Source of the DNA: Mobula birostris
Lineage: Eukaryota
DNA length: 64,000 nt
Assembly: GCF_030028105.1 (NCBI RefSeq)
Contig: NC_092383.1
Coordinates: 86,695,921 to 86,759,920, forward strand
Reading direction: 5' to 3'
The translations under genes and the position numbers were made by a program. Below the pieces are notes generated by a model. The model worked only from the letters and a program-made list of their open reading frames with translations, ran no database searches and was not told the origin of the DNA. Shown piece after piece: positions 1 to 11,745 of this stretch (positions are counted from its first letter, which is position 1; each line of letters starts with the position of its first letter).

Positions 1-1375
1 CACTCCACTCTTTAAGAAGGGAAGGAGTCAAAATAAAGGAAATTATAGGCCAGTCAGCCTGACATCAATGGTTGGGAAGATGTCGGAGTCCATTTTTAAG
101 GATGAGGTTTTGGGGTTCTTGTCGGTAATGATAATATAGGCTGAAGTCAGCGTAGTTTTCTAAAAGGAGAATCTTGCCTGGCAAATCTATTGGAATCCTT
201 TGAGGAAATAACAAACAGGATAGACAAAGGAGAGTCAGTGGATGTTGTTTGCTTAGAATTTCTGAAGGTCTTTGAGAAGGTGCCGCACATGAGGCTGCTT
301 AAGAAGATAGGAGCCCAGGATATTTCAAAACGGTACGTACTAGCATGGGTCCCCTGACTGGCAGGAGGCATAAAGTGGGAATAGAGAGGGCTTCTTTTGT
401 TTTACTGTTAGTGACTAGTGGTGTGCCACAGGGGTTCTTGTTGGGACCACTTCTTTTCATGTTGTATGCAGTGGTTTTGTGTCCAAATTTGTAGACAATA
501 TAAAGATAGGTGGAGGGACAGGTACTGCTGAGGAAGCAGGGTGTCTGCAATTGGTCTTAGACAGATTAGGGGAATGGATAAAGAAGTGGCAGATGGAAGA
601 TAATGTGGGGAGGTGCATGGTCATGCACTTCAGCAGAAGGAATGAAAGTGTGGACTATTTATTACATGGGGAGAATATTCAAAAATCAGAGATGCAGAGA
701 CTCTTGGGGGTTAACTTGCAGGTTGCATCAGTGGTAAGAAAGGCAAATGCAATGCTAGCATCCATTTCAAGAGGATCAGAACACAAAAGTAAGGATGTAA
801 TGCTGAGGCTTTATAAGGCATTGGTCAGACCACACTTGGAGTATTGTGAGCAGTTTTAAGCTCCTTATCTAAGATAAGATGCATTGGCATTGGAGAGGGT
901 CCAGAGGAGGTTGATAAGAATGATCCCTGGAATGAAAGAGTTAACATCTGAGGAGCATTTGATAGCTCTGGGCCTACACTCACTGGAGATTAGGGGTAAG
1001 AGCAGGAATCGTATTGCAACTCACTGAATAAAGTGGATGCGGAGAGGATGCTTCTGAAAGTGGGGGGATGTCTAAGGCCGGAGGGCACAGCCTCAGAATT
1101 GAGAGCTATCCCTTCGGAAACAGAAATGAGATGAAATTTCCTTAGCTGGAGGGTAGTGAATCTGTGGAATTCATTGCCACAATTGGCTGTGGAGGTATAT
1201 TTAAGGCAGAGATTGACAGGTTTTCAATTAATCAGGATGTCAAAGGTTACAGGGAGAAGGCAGGAGAATGGGTTTGAGAGAGATATTAAATCAGTCATGA
1301 TGGAATGGCGGGGCAGACTTGATTGTTGGAAGAGTCTATTGCTGCTCCTATGTCTTATGGTCTTAAACACTGTAT
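1..1375 (+). mobile_element. Degenerate CR1 LINE, RT region to 3' end
   Basis: NYRPVSLT, KGESCLANL and LYKALVRPHLEYC motifs with stops and frameshifts; ttatggtctta tail. Confidence 0.9.
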
Positions 1376-1854
1376 GTGCAGACCGGTAAATAGAGAAAAT
1401 GTAACTCAATTATATTCTCGTGTTGACCATTAATTGCTTCATATCTGGATCACTACCAGATGAATTGTCAGCAAATATATCTGATATTGTCAGCATGAAT
1501 TGTGGACATTGAATTTGCAAGGTCTATGCAAGTGATATAAACAAAATGTGAAGACCATTCTCTTCTGGAAAAAGTAACACTTATAATGCACTCCGGCGTT
1601 TACTCAAGGCAACAATGGAATTAATCTCTCAAATATAATGTCTCCAGTTCACAATCGGCTCTGTTGTTTAAAAATCCATTTGGGTCTTTTTACAGTCATC
1701 TTTATGGGATCATATTTCTCATTGCATTGTGAATAGATTGTGTTAGTCCTGAAATCAGAAACCATTTCCCTCTCCCTTTCTATCTGTTTGCAGCTGTCCA
1801 GATCAATAATACCCAGTTAACCCTTTCACCCTCATTGCCAATGGGAAGTTGTTG

Positions 1855-2410
1855 ACTTCCTCAGGAGATTAACGAAATTTGGTATGTCCCTGTCCACCCT
1901 TAACCAATTTTTAATTGATGCATCAGAAAAAGCATTCTGTCTGAAAGCATAACACGCGACTGTGAGAGACTGCAGAAAGTTGTGGCTATAGTTCAGCATA
2001 TCACAGGAAGGAGATTCCCCTCTCTGGACTCTGTCTGTACTTCTCACTACCTCAGTAAAGCAGCCAGCATAACCAAATACCCCAGTCACCCTGGAAATTC
2101 TCTTTACTCCTCCTGGAAGAAGATACAACCTGAAAGCACATACCACCAGGCTTTAGGACTGTTTCTATCTTGCTGTTATTAGATTCTTCAGCGAAACTCT
2201 TGTGCCATAAGATGGACTCTTGTGGTCTACCTTGCTGTGATGTTGCACTTTATCATTTACCTGCACTGCACTTTTCTTCAAAAGTTTTTACACGATATTC
2301 TGCATTGTTATTGTTTCACCTTGTACTACCTCAATGCACTGTGCAATGATCTGCTCTGTATGAACAGTATGCAAGGCAAGCTTTTCACTGTATCTTGGTA
2401 CATGTGACAA
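1855..2410 (+). mobile_element. Rex1/Babar-type LINE 3' fragment
   Basis: LQKVV..VQHITG...KAASITK.PSHPG C-terminal motif followed by the 3' UTR. Confidence 0.65.
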
Positions 2411-3079
2411 TAATATACCAATACTGATGCAGAAGACCAGTTCAGTGCCTGTCACTGAACTTTATCTCAGAATTTCCTTTTTGTACAAATATTGACCAAC
2501 TGAAAACTTGCAAACTTTAAAATTCTATATTTCCATGTATCAGTCACCAATCACAATGCATCATGTATGAGCTAATAACCTTTATTTGCATCTAAGCGGA
2601 TCAAAAAATAGAATTATACCTCAGTTTCAGTAAAAACTATTGTCCAGTTGTAAATTGTACCCTTTAGTCCATCGTTAGCATCCTTGCTTCAGTGCATTTG
2701 GTGTCCTTGGGTCTCATGCTGTACATAGAGAAGCCGTGTTTTCATGGACCTTACTCAACATGACTAATTGCACACTGCACACTATTTTAACCCTCTCATA
2801 GCCTACATAATGGAACTCAATTTTTTATTGGGTGATTCATAGCGCAGTTCACAGAGGTGGGTTTGGACTCACGCATAAACTGAACTGGGCTGGAATAGTG
2901 AAGCTCTGTTCTTGAAGGACATCAATGGCCCAGGAGGATTTTGCCAACAATCAGGTGGTTTCCTGATTAAAGATATTAATGACTTAAACACTTTGCATCT
3001 CACTGTAAATGCACATTTCAGGATACTTAAGCACCACTAAATATAAGCTCAGTTTGTGAAGGGATTGGGATCTGGTGGG

Positions 3080-5110
3080 GCTTCTGTCTGAAGTGGCGGT
3101 TTTCCATAATCTGAACCGTGACTGGGTCGGGATGGCAGGTAGCAGTGGAGGAAAAGAAGAGGAGGATGTGCGAGACTATGAGGAATGGAAGAAAGTGCAG
3201 ACAGGTAGGAAAAGTGGAAATAAATAAAATTATTATGATGATAGAGAACAATGATTGCGTCAAAGGAAGGTGATAGAAGAGGAGTTTAAAATAAGTTTGA
3301 GCAAGGGATTGAAGTAAGTATATTGAATGCAATGGCACTGACTAACAATCTAAAGAAGATAATAGGAGATATAAATGCGGCAAAAAATCTGCATCATGGA
3401 GCACTGTTGGTTGTTAGTAAAAATTCAGAGCGAAGGAACAAAGCAATGAAGGTACTAAATATTAGCAAAAGAGAGATTATAGAAAAGAGAGTGTTAGGGG
3501 GAAAATGGTGTGATAATGGGAATACCAAATTGGAGAAAAGGGAGGAAGTAAAGGAAAGTATTATAGGAGGGCTGGTGACCAAAAGAAAAAGATTGAAAGC
3601 ACTGAGTAATAGAGAAAAGGTTGATAGCATATCTGTTATGTTAATATTTCGGGAGCTTGTAGCGGTGGTATGTAAAGGAAGGCAGAGATGTGGTAGATGT
3701 CAAGGAGAATATCTGTACGAGCAGTGCAGACAAGATGAACCAGTAAAACGCCGTCATTGAGGTGGGGCCCAGGCAGTAATCTATCGGGGTGTGAAATCAG
3801 AAAAGAAGCAATGGAGGTCCAACAAGTGAGGGTAGAGCATGAAGAAAATTATCCAACTAAACAGCTTTCAGATCTATGCTGGGAAAAGGAAAGAAAGCAA
3901 ATCAGACGTCCTGCATGTACTAATGAAGAAAAAAACAGAAAGGACAGGAATTAGTAATAAGGCAGTGAGTGCAACAGTACCTTTTCCTGGGCAGTCTCCA
4001 TGCCTGTGTGAAGGAACAGAGGCGGATCTTAAATTATTTGAAAGGAGATAGAAAAATTGAGATATTAGTTTAAATCAAGGTATAATTGAATTTTATGTAA
4101 ATAATAATCATTTTGGTTATTAACAATTATACACAGATGCTTCTAAAATGGTAATAGTAGGTTAGGAGTAGGATTCATTTTACCTGATTTTAACATTAAA
4201 AAGCAGGTGAGGATGCATAATGATTTCTCAGTGTATACATGTGAAATGACAACTGGACTATTCCCTTTGCAGTGGGTAGAGGAAGTGACACCGACGTGAG
4301 TTGTAATATTGTTTGATTCAAGCACAATAATCAGGAGTCTAAGCGATTTACATTCAGAGGCAAGACCAAACATTATGTGTGAGATAATACAAATCTTATT
4401 TAAAACTAAATGATGGGACTCTGGATATGTTTTTATGTGGATTCCAGCACGCGTTGGTAAACAAGGGAATGAGCAAGAGAATAAATTAGCAAAGGAGGTA
4501 CCAGACGAGCAGAAGTGGACATTCAAATAAATTACAGTAAAGGAGAACTGAAAAGCATTATTAGAATGTACAGAGGAGATGTCAGGGGTAAGTTTTGTAC
4601 ACAGAGAGTGGTGAGTGTGTGGAATGGGCTGCCAGTGATGGTGATGGAGGTGGATACAATAGGGTCTTTTAAAAGACTCCTGGATAGATACATAGAGCTT
4701 AGAAAAATTGAGGGCTATAGGTAACCTGAGGTAATTTCTAAGGTAAGGACATGTTCAGCACAGCTTTGTGGGCCGAAGGGCCTGTTTTGTGCTGTAGGTT
4801 TTCTATGTTTCTATGTTTTCTAAAAATGAAATCAAGAAAATGTGGAGAAAACAACAGGATGAAGAGAGAATAAGAAGACATTTTTAAAATATCCAGGAAG
4901 AAGTGGGATGGTCAAGGAATGCAGGAAAGAGCAGGAGGGAGGAGGTAATAATATTGAAATTGAGTTTTGGGTACACAGGGTTAAATAGTACATTGTTTTC
5001 AATGAAGAAACGCAATAAAGGGAGGCGCGAGTATTGTAATCAACAAGAAATAGTTGAACATGTCCTGGTGAGGTGTCCAGGATATAATCAGGAGAGAGGA
5101 TGATTGGTTT
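3080..5110 (+). mobile_element. I-group (Nimb-like) LINE, internally deleted: ORF1 joined to RNase H/C-terminus
   Basis: ORF1 starts MAGSSGGKEEE and has degenerate knuckles (CKGRQRCGRC). Then YTDASK...FMWIPARVGKQGNE..KLAK (RNase H) and GYTGLNSTL...EIVEHVLVRC. No APE or RT between them. Confidence 0.7.
4567..4818 (+). mobile_element. CR1 3' end inserted into the Nimb-like element
   Basis: RGDVRGKF..QRVVSVWNGLP motif and (ttctatg)n tail. Confidence 0.85.
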
Positions 5111-5129
5111 TAGAGTTATCACGGAATAA

Positions 5130-5760
5130 AAGAGACGGTCAGCAGACTGGTGCGCTGGGACCCAGTTCGGTGCGTTCGGCCCCCGGTTGGCATGTTCAGC
5201 CCCAAGTCAGTGGCATTCGGACCCGGATCGGAAGCGTTCGGACCCGGGTCGATGGTCACTCTTCTCAGAAGTACTGAGCTTGTGCAGCTGATCTTCTCGT
5301 GTGCAGCAAAAAAAAAGATGCTTCCCATATTCTGAGATTTATGTGATCATTGGACTATACCTTATATTGGTTTCCTTAAGTTTTCAGTGTTTTCTTTCTT
5401 GTGGCCGATTGGCAGGTGAGTGGTCTGTCCGTTTCTGTGTGTAAGAGTTGGGGATTTGTTGCTACCCATCGTTATTCTTTTCTGCGAGTGAGGGAGTCAG
5501 GGATTGTTACAGTATGTGTAGGGATCGGTGATTGTTATTGCGGCTGTTTTTTTGCTGCGGAGGAGGGGGATTTTGGGGTCTGCGGGTTTTCTTCCTTTTT
5601 CGTCCTACGGTGGGTGGGGGTGGGGGTGATGTCTTCTCAGCAACACCCATGGTCTTTCCGTATTTCATGGGTATCTGGAGTAGACAAACATCAAAGTTGT
5701 ATCGTACATGCATGCTTTGAAAATAAAATGAACCTTTGAACCTTTCGAACTTTCGAATCT
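5130..5760 (+). repeat. Retroposon-like 3' region with internal 20-21 bp minisatellite and (cctttgaa)n tail
   Basis: About 5 degenerate units at 5151-5253; aataaaatgaacctttgaacctttcgaac terminus. Confidence 0.5.
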
Positions 5761-6591
5761 GGTAGATTCCGACCCTCTGAATCTCCTCCAGCAACTGTAT
5801 ATTTCACTGGCCTGTAGTTCCCTGACTTGTCACTGCTTCCCTTCTTCAATAACAGTTATATTAACACCCTCCAGTCTCCTGGAACTTCACCCATAGCTGA
5901 AGATTTCTTTCTACTGCTTAAACACTAGCCAGCATGGAGAGGTAGTCATGGTACTGACCCACATTGCATGGCATCCAGGGTGACCTAGCTAACTGAAAAG
6001 GTTCAAACATTTTCTCTGTTCATCTCACCACTATCTGACCCAACATCTTTCTGAAGTCCTAGACCTAACCACTGTCCCCCACTTCTCACGGACTAATCAA
6101 TGTTTTCTTATAGCGGTTTTGTAGTGCAGATGTTCTGAAATTCTGGGGGAGATATTCAGGTTCAGAAATCTGTGTGTACATGCAGCTCATTTGAGGGCAG
6201 GTAATCACAAAGATGTTGATGTCTGAATGGTTCAGATCATCAGGCTCTCTGTTGAAAGAGGATGAATGTCAGCTAGCCTATTTCAGAAGACTCTGCATGA
6301 CAAAGTTTTAGTGGGATCCATCTGTGCCATTGAATGGTTGGACCACGTCTGAGTTAAAAGAAAATCTCTGAGACAGCCGCTCCACCTCAGTACTGCACTG
6401 GGAGGACCGCCCAGAGTTTCTACTCGGATCTGTGGAGTGGGAAGTGAACCCACAATGTACTGACACACTGGACTGCAGTTCAGGCCATAATCATTGTGAG
6501 GTCATGGGGTACAACTAGGGTTGTGATGTTGAAATGAGCATTGAAATGTGTTTATATGTGAAATCTGTAAGAATTCCATCCTCAATTTCAG

Positions 6592-6879
6592 GTGCGTTAT
6601 GGGCAGAGAGAGATATAAAAGGAGTTGTGGGAAGAGCGATCACAATCGATTGTCACTATGAAGCAAAGTACCGCTCACACACAAAGTATTGGTGCCGTTG
6701 GCAGAGAGTAGGATGTTTTCCTTTACATGGACGAGAGTCAATCACAGATAACCCAGCACAAGGAATATTTACTGTTACTATGAAGGACCTTGTGTCTGGA
6801 GATACAGCACAGTATGACTGTGGAGTTACAGAATCGGGTACTGATATAGTTTTTACCGTGAATCTACAAGTATATGATG
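6592..6879 (+). CDS. Gene A exon: CD300/pIgR-like Ig V domain (shortened)
   Basis: tttcag|GTGCG acceptor and G|gtatgt donor, phase 1-1, 288 nt. GALWAERDIKGVVGRAITIDCHY...KYWCRWQRVGC...DTAQYDC has the canonical Ig cysteines plus the WC-x6-C pair typical of CD300/pIgR/TREM V domains. Confidence 0.9.
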
Positions 6880-7189
6880 GTATGTTTCTCAAGTATTGAC
6901 GTTATGGCTTCACTGAAGTATCTGATACATGTATTTTTTGGTAATGGTCAGGAAAGTATTGATATCCTGAAGATCCACAGCAGTGTATAGTCCTATGAGG
7001 AACTGGGTTTCCCAACCCATGCTCACTCCTTGCATGACTCTATACTGCTGAGGAGTGGGCAAGGGTTGGGAAGTTGCACTCATGTTGCTTTCACCCGCCA
7101 TGGGGTCTGTCTCATTGACTGTTTCCAGTGGGATGATCTGGTGGTTTAATCACCTTGGAGCTAGAGGAAATTGCAAACTATGATGTGTT

Positions 7190-7740
7190 AGGCGAGGAGG
7201 CTGGTGAGTGGGAAGTTCAGGACTAGAGGAAATCTGTTTTTCTATCCACTGGAAGTGGATAGGCACAGTAATGCAGCAAACAGACAAGAAATCAACATTA
7301 TCCTTTGCAATTCCCACCAACTCCAATAAAATTCCACCACAAACCTGAACCCTGCTCATCACCTTTTTAGCATTTTGTACCAATCATATCCTTTGTGAGT
7401 TCCTTATCTGCTTTACTGCCCCAACCTAGCATTCAACTAAGAATGGCTATCTCCTGTGCAATTGCTGGAGATGGAACACCTTTCCTTCTCACTCCCATCA
7501 CTCAGGGACCTAAACAGCCTTTCCAGCTGATGAAAGGGATTCAACCACACTTCTGCCAACCCAGGCTACTTCTTTCAATGTTCGCAATGTGGCCTTCACA
7601 ACAGGAGGAGCCAAACACAGATTGGTTGATCACTTTGGAGCATCTGCCTTCGGTCCATGCGTGTGACCCTGAGCTTCTCGATACCTGTCATTTGAATTCA
7701 CACAAGCCTCCATTTACCTTGCCCTCTGTATGTGGTTTCC
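7190..7740 (+). mobile_element. Penelope-like element fragment (GIY-YIG region)
   Basis: ITQGPKQPFQ, GGAKHRLVDHF and CHLNS remnants match the PLE endonuclease region. Confidence 0.6.
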
Positions 7741-8679
7741 TGCTGATAGGAGATGAGCTGATTTTTCCACAAATTCATATTGGAGTTTGCTGTAACAACA
7801 CAGATGTTACAAAGAAAAGTCACATCTGGGAGGTATGAGAACTAAAGATTGAGTCAACCAGCTCAGGGTCAACACTGTGGATTTAGTAGGTACTCTTCAA
7901 TACAATCACTGGATCAACATTTGCTTTGTCTGGTTACAGAGGCATTGTGAAGACCAAGGCAGAGCATTAGATTGGAAGAAGAACAAGTGAATAGCAGCAA
8001 AGAGCTTATACAGTGATTCAGTGTTCACAATGTGTTCTTCTCTTCAGTAATCCTGAGCTTCCTGTTCCCTACCACTTTTATTCTTCGTCCCTCTCTGACC
8101 TACCTGCGTCCTTTGCACTGTCCCAGGACATTCCACAAGCTCAAGGATTAACACCCCATTTTCCGACTGTGCATGTTTCTGCCTTCTGGAATTAATACCA
8201 AACTCAAAATCTTCAGATAACATACTTTTTCTTATAGTGCATAAAATCCTTTGTCCCGGTCACCTGCTATTCTTTTGCTGTCTGGGTGTAGACTAGGCTG
8301 ATAAACATGCACTTTTGCCAGAACCACATCAGGGCCAGATGGGATAGACCCCAGGTTACTAGAGGAAAGGAGGAAGGAAATTACTGGGCATTGATCATGA
8401 TCTTTCCATTGTCACTGGCTAGAGGATTAGTACTAGGGAATTGTTCTTAAACCCATCAGCCCTACTGGGGCATAGGCCACGGACACCAGCTTACCAGAGT
8501 CCTCTGTCCTGATCCAGTCTTCAAGTTGTCCCCTGGTGTAGCCATCTTCTTGTTGTATCTTTCCTTTTCCTCTTCTTCATGTATCTTCCCTTTTCCAGGG
8601 ACGAGGCCTTTAAGTTCCTCTTGGCATTTCTGTAACTCTGGAACTTTATAGGATGGGATCGCTAGCCCTGATTTATTCC

Positions 8680-8878
8680 TAGTCTAATCATGGGATTATT
8701 TACAATGACCAATTAACCTGCCAGCTGGTATGGCTTCAGATGTCTGTAGGAGGAAACGGAAGCATTTGGAAGAAACCCACATGGTCACAGGGCGAACGTA
8801 CAAACTCCTTATAGGCAGCGGTGAGAATTGAACCTGGTTCACTGGCACTGTAAAATGTTGTGTAACCATTATGCTGTG
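8680..8878 (-). mobile_element. V-SINE (HE1-like) copy; further copies near 12540-12790 (-) and 21790-21900 (+)
   Basis: gtaaggagtttgtacgttc...gtgggtttcttcc...ccggtttcctcccaca-type V-domain sequence. Confidence 0.6.
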
Positions 8879-8929
8879 TCATCCTTTTTTCTATGTTCCA
8901 AGGAATATAAACCTAGATTGGCCAATCAG

Positions 8930-9880
8930 TCCTGATAACTCAGGCCCTCTAGTGCTGGAAACACCTTTACAAATCTTTCTGCATTCTTTAAGCATCAGCT
9001 TTCCCAGTGCAGATTCCCACTTCAGGTGTGACTTTGCCAATGACTTGAAGAACGTAATGTCCCAATTCCTATATTCCGTGCCAGACTGATGAAAGCCAGT
9101 GAGTTTTTCACCACCCATTCGATGTGTGATTCCACCTTCAATTAACTATGCACTTTTCTGCTTGGACCCTCTGATCCTTTAAACTCCTTGGTTTACTACC
9201 ATTCATATGGTGGTTGCATTTTGGTGGCCTTATGCTGATTGCATTTTCTAAAATGCATGACTTAACAATTAGCTGCATTGAAATCCACTTGCCTCTCCTC
9301 AAGCCACTGCCCTAACTGATCACAATCCCCTTGTAATCTATGATAAACTTCTTCCCCATCATCACCTCCTCATTTTGTGTCGTCCAATGTTACACATCTG
9401 CATCCAAAGCGATTACATAAATGAACAACACTGGCCACTATGACACACCACTAGAGGTGGATCTCCATTCAGAGAAACAACTTTAAAACACTATGCTTTG
9501 CTTTCTATATACAAGCTAATATTGAATCCTCCAAACTATTTTTTCCTAGTATTTCATGGAATTAATCTTCTAGGTCAATCTACTATGTGGGACCTAGTAA
9601 TAGGCCATGCAAAAATCCAAATAGACAATATCCACATCCCTACCTTCACAAACCCTTGTGTTCAGTACTTCAAGTATGACTTCGCCAGTGACTTGAACAA
9701 CATAATGTCCCAATTTCTATACACTTCAAAAGTTCATAAAATTTGTCACACATGACTTCCCATGCTCAAAACAAAGTAGCCTCCTCCAAATTAGACTTTC
9801 CAAATGTTCATAGAACCCATCCCTCCGAATTTCCTCAAATAAATTCCCCACTGCTGATGTCAGGCTGGTCTGCTGAAAGA
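8930..9880 (-). mobile_element. Old CR1 RT fragment
   Basis: HGKSCVTNF, DVDIVYLDF and YRNWDIM..KSL motifs on the minus strand. Confidence 0.7.
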
Positions 9881-10116
9881 GGTTTTTAACATCCTCAGTG
9901 TTATCACTGCTGTCCTGTCCTAAAGTCCTGCTGTGTTCTGGGATATTGGCAGTCATGGCGGTTTAGGCGGCTGGGAGGATGCAGAGACACAGAGAGGTAT
10001 ATGAGCTGCTGAGATTCCAATCTGGTGGTTCATGGCTGTGATATAGAAGTACTGAAAATTGGAGAATGATTTTCAGATGTTCACTCAGTGTCTGAATGTT
10101 TGATCCTTTCCCACAG

Positions 10117-10434
10117 AACCGGTATCTGTTCCTGTGCTGTATCTGTCACCGCCAAATATCTCGTGTGTTGGACACTCAGTGTCAGTGTCCTGTGAGTCTC
10201 TCCAGGGATCTCTTCCCATTCAGTACACGTTCTATGAAAAGATCCCATCTGAGGATTCAAAGATCTCCAACACCAGTAAACTGGCTCTACATTGTCAATC
10301 CTTCAAACACCAGCACCATCAATATTACTGCACAGCCTCAAATAATCATGGAGCAAAATCCAGTGAAATGATCAACGTGAGAATCTTCAATAGAATGGGG
10401 AGTTGCAGTTATACGGTGGAAATCAATGGCACTG
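10117..10434 (+). CDS. Gene A exon: C2-type Ig domain
   Basis: cctttcccacag|AACC acceptor and G|gtgagt donor, phase 1-1, 318 nt. EPVSVPVLYLSPP...VSCESLQGSLPIQYTFY...YYCTASN; paralogous to the exons at 35184-35498 and 60652-60972. Confidence 0.9.
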
Positions 10435-10636
10435 GTGAGTGGTGGAGAAAGTGACTCTCTAAGATGGTTGGTGGTGCAAATGAACAACTGCCTTGTGCTA
10501 GATGTTTTGTCTTAGCTGCACTCAATCACAATTAGAGGACTGTATTATCACTCAGACATGTGTTGCAGAGGATGGGAATTGCTTTAGTGTTGGGAAATTC
10601 AGACTCCAACTCCTGATTTAGTAGGTAAAGTTTTAA

Positions 10637-11740
10637 ACTCACTGACTACTTTATTAAGTACACCTGTTACATCTGCTTGTAATGCAAATATCTAATCAGC
10701 CAATTATGTGACAGCAACTCAATGTATAAAAACATGCAGACAGGGTCAAGAGGTTCAGTTTTGGGGCATTGTGGGCTAAACTATTATTTAAAGATAATAG
10801 GAAAACATCCTACTGGATTATATGTCTGTGGTAGGCCAGAGACGGTTCAGCATGTTTTGCTGAGTTGTAATCGATACTTGTGGGTATCTTCGGGAGAAGA
10901 GAAGGCTAAAGAGTAAACCCTACACAAATCTGGAGTGGAGCCCCTAAGGCGGTCGGATGACGTATCAGAGGTCACTCCGGTAGGGCGCATCCATTGTCTG
11001 CTTAGACAGATGGAGCCATTATTATTATTATTATTAATCGAAATAGAATTGAAAGAAGCATATTGTTCAGGAGGCTGTCTTACTTAAATGCATTTTGTTT
11101 TTCTATTAAATCTTTGTTTGGCCACCAAGAGAACCACTGTCTGATTGAAGAGTTTATTATTCAGTTTATACGTGCGACTAATTTATATTCGAGAACTTGA
11201 GTTTCTTGAAATTCTATAATTAATCACACATCCTGTGGAGGGCAGTAATGCGTCTAGGTGCGTCTGAACTGCCGGAAGTAGAAGAAGAATAAAAAGAAGA
11301 AGAGGTTCAGTTGTTGTTCAGGCCAAACATCAGAATGGGGGAAGAAATGTGATCTAAGTGGCTTTGACCATGGAATGATTACTGGTGCCAGACAGGGTAG
11401 TTTGAGGATCTTAGAAACTGCTGATCTCCTGGAATTTTCATGCACAATGGTCCCTGGAGTTTACAGAGGATGGTGCAAAAAAACAATAAAAAATCCAGGT
11501 TAAAGCAGTTCTCTGGGCAAAAACACCCTGTTAATGAGTTAGGTCAGAGAAGAATGGCCAGACTGGTTCAAGCTGGCAGGATGGTCACAATAACTCAAAT
11601 AACCACGCTTTAAAATAGTGGTGTGCGAAAACCATCTACGAATGCGCCACACTTCGAATCTTGAAGTGGATGGTCTACAACAGCAGAAGACCATGAACAT
11701 ACACTCAGTACATGAGTGTATGGTACTTAATAAAGTGGGC
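10637..11740 (+). mobile_element. Tc1/mariner non-autonomous derivative interrupted by a Nimb-like 3' end
   Basis: actcactgactactttattaagtac...gtacttaataaagtgg TIR-like ends; HTH-region remnant (GKKCDLSGFDHGMI.GAR); same family as 33230, 53497 and 61010. Confidence 0.75.
10761..11299 (+). mobile_element. 5'-truncated Nimb/I-like LINE 3' end
   Basis: GHCGLNYYLKIIGKHPTG..ETVQHVLLSC; (gaa)n tail; 13-bp TSD AAGAGGTTCAGTT at 10748-10760 and 11300-11312. Confidence 0.75.
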
Positions 11741-11745
11741 TAGGT

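Noticed and set aside
4435-4465. ATGTGGATTCCAG as the missing gene A leader
   Set aside because: It is the FMWIPA motif of the LINE RNase H, is not hydrophobic downstream, and has no matching donor. The gene A leader is probably upstream of the window.
5151-5253. CRISPR-like array
   Set aside because: The units are degenerate tandem repeats without unique spacers, in a vertebrate context.
6592-6879. V exons as rearranging Ig/TCR/IgNAR V segments
   Set aside because: Each ends in a GT splice donor after a complete G strand. I saw no RSS heptamer/nonamer at the 3' ends, and the WC-x6-C pattern is CD300/pIgR-type.
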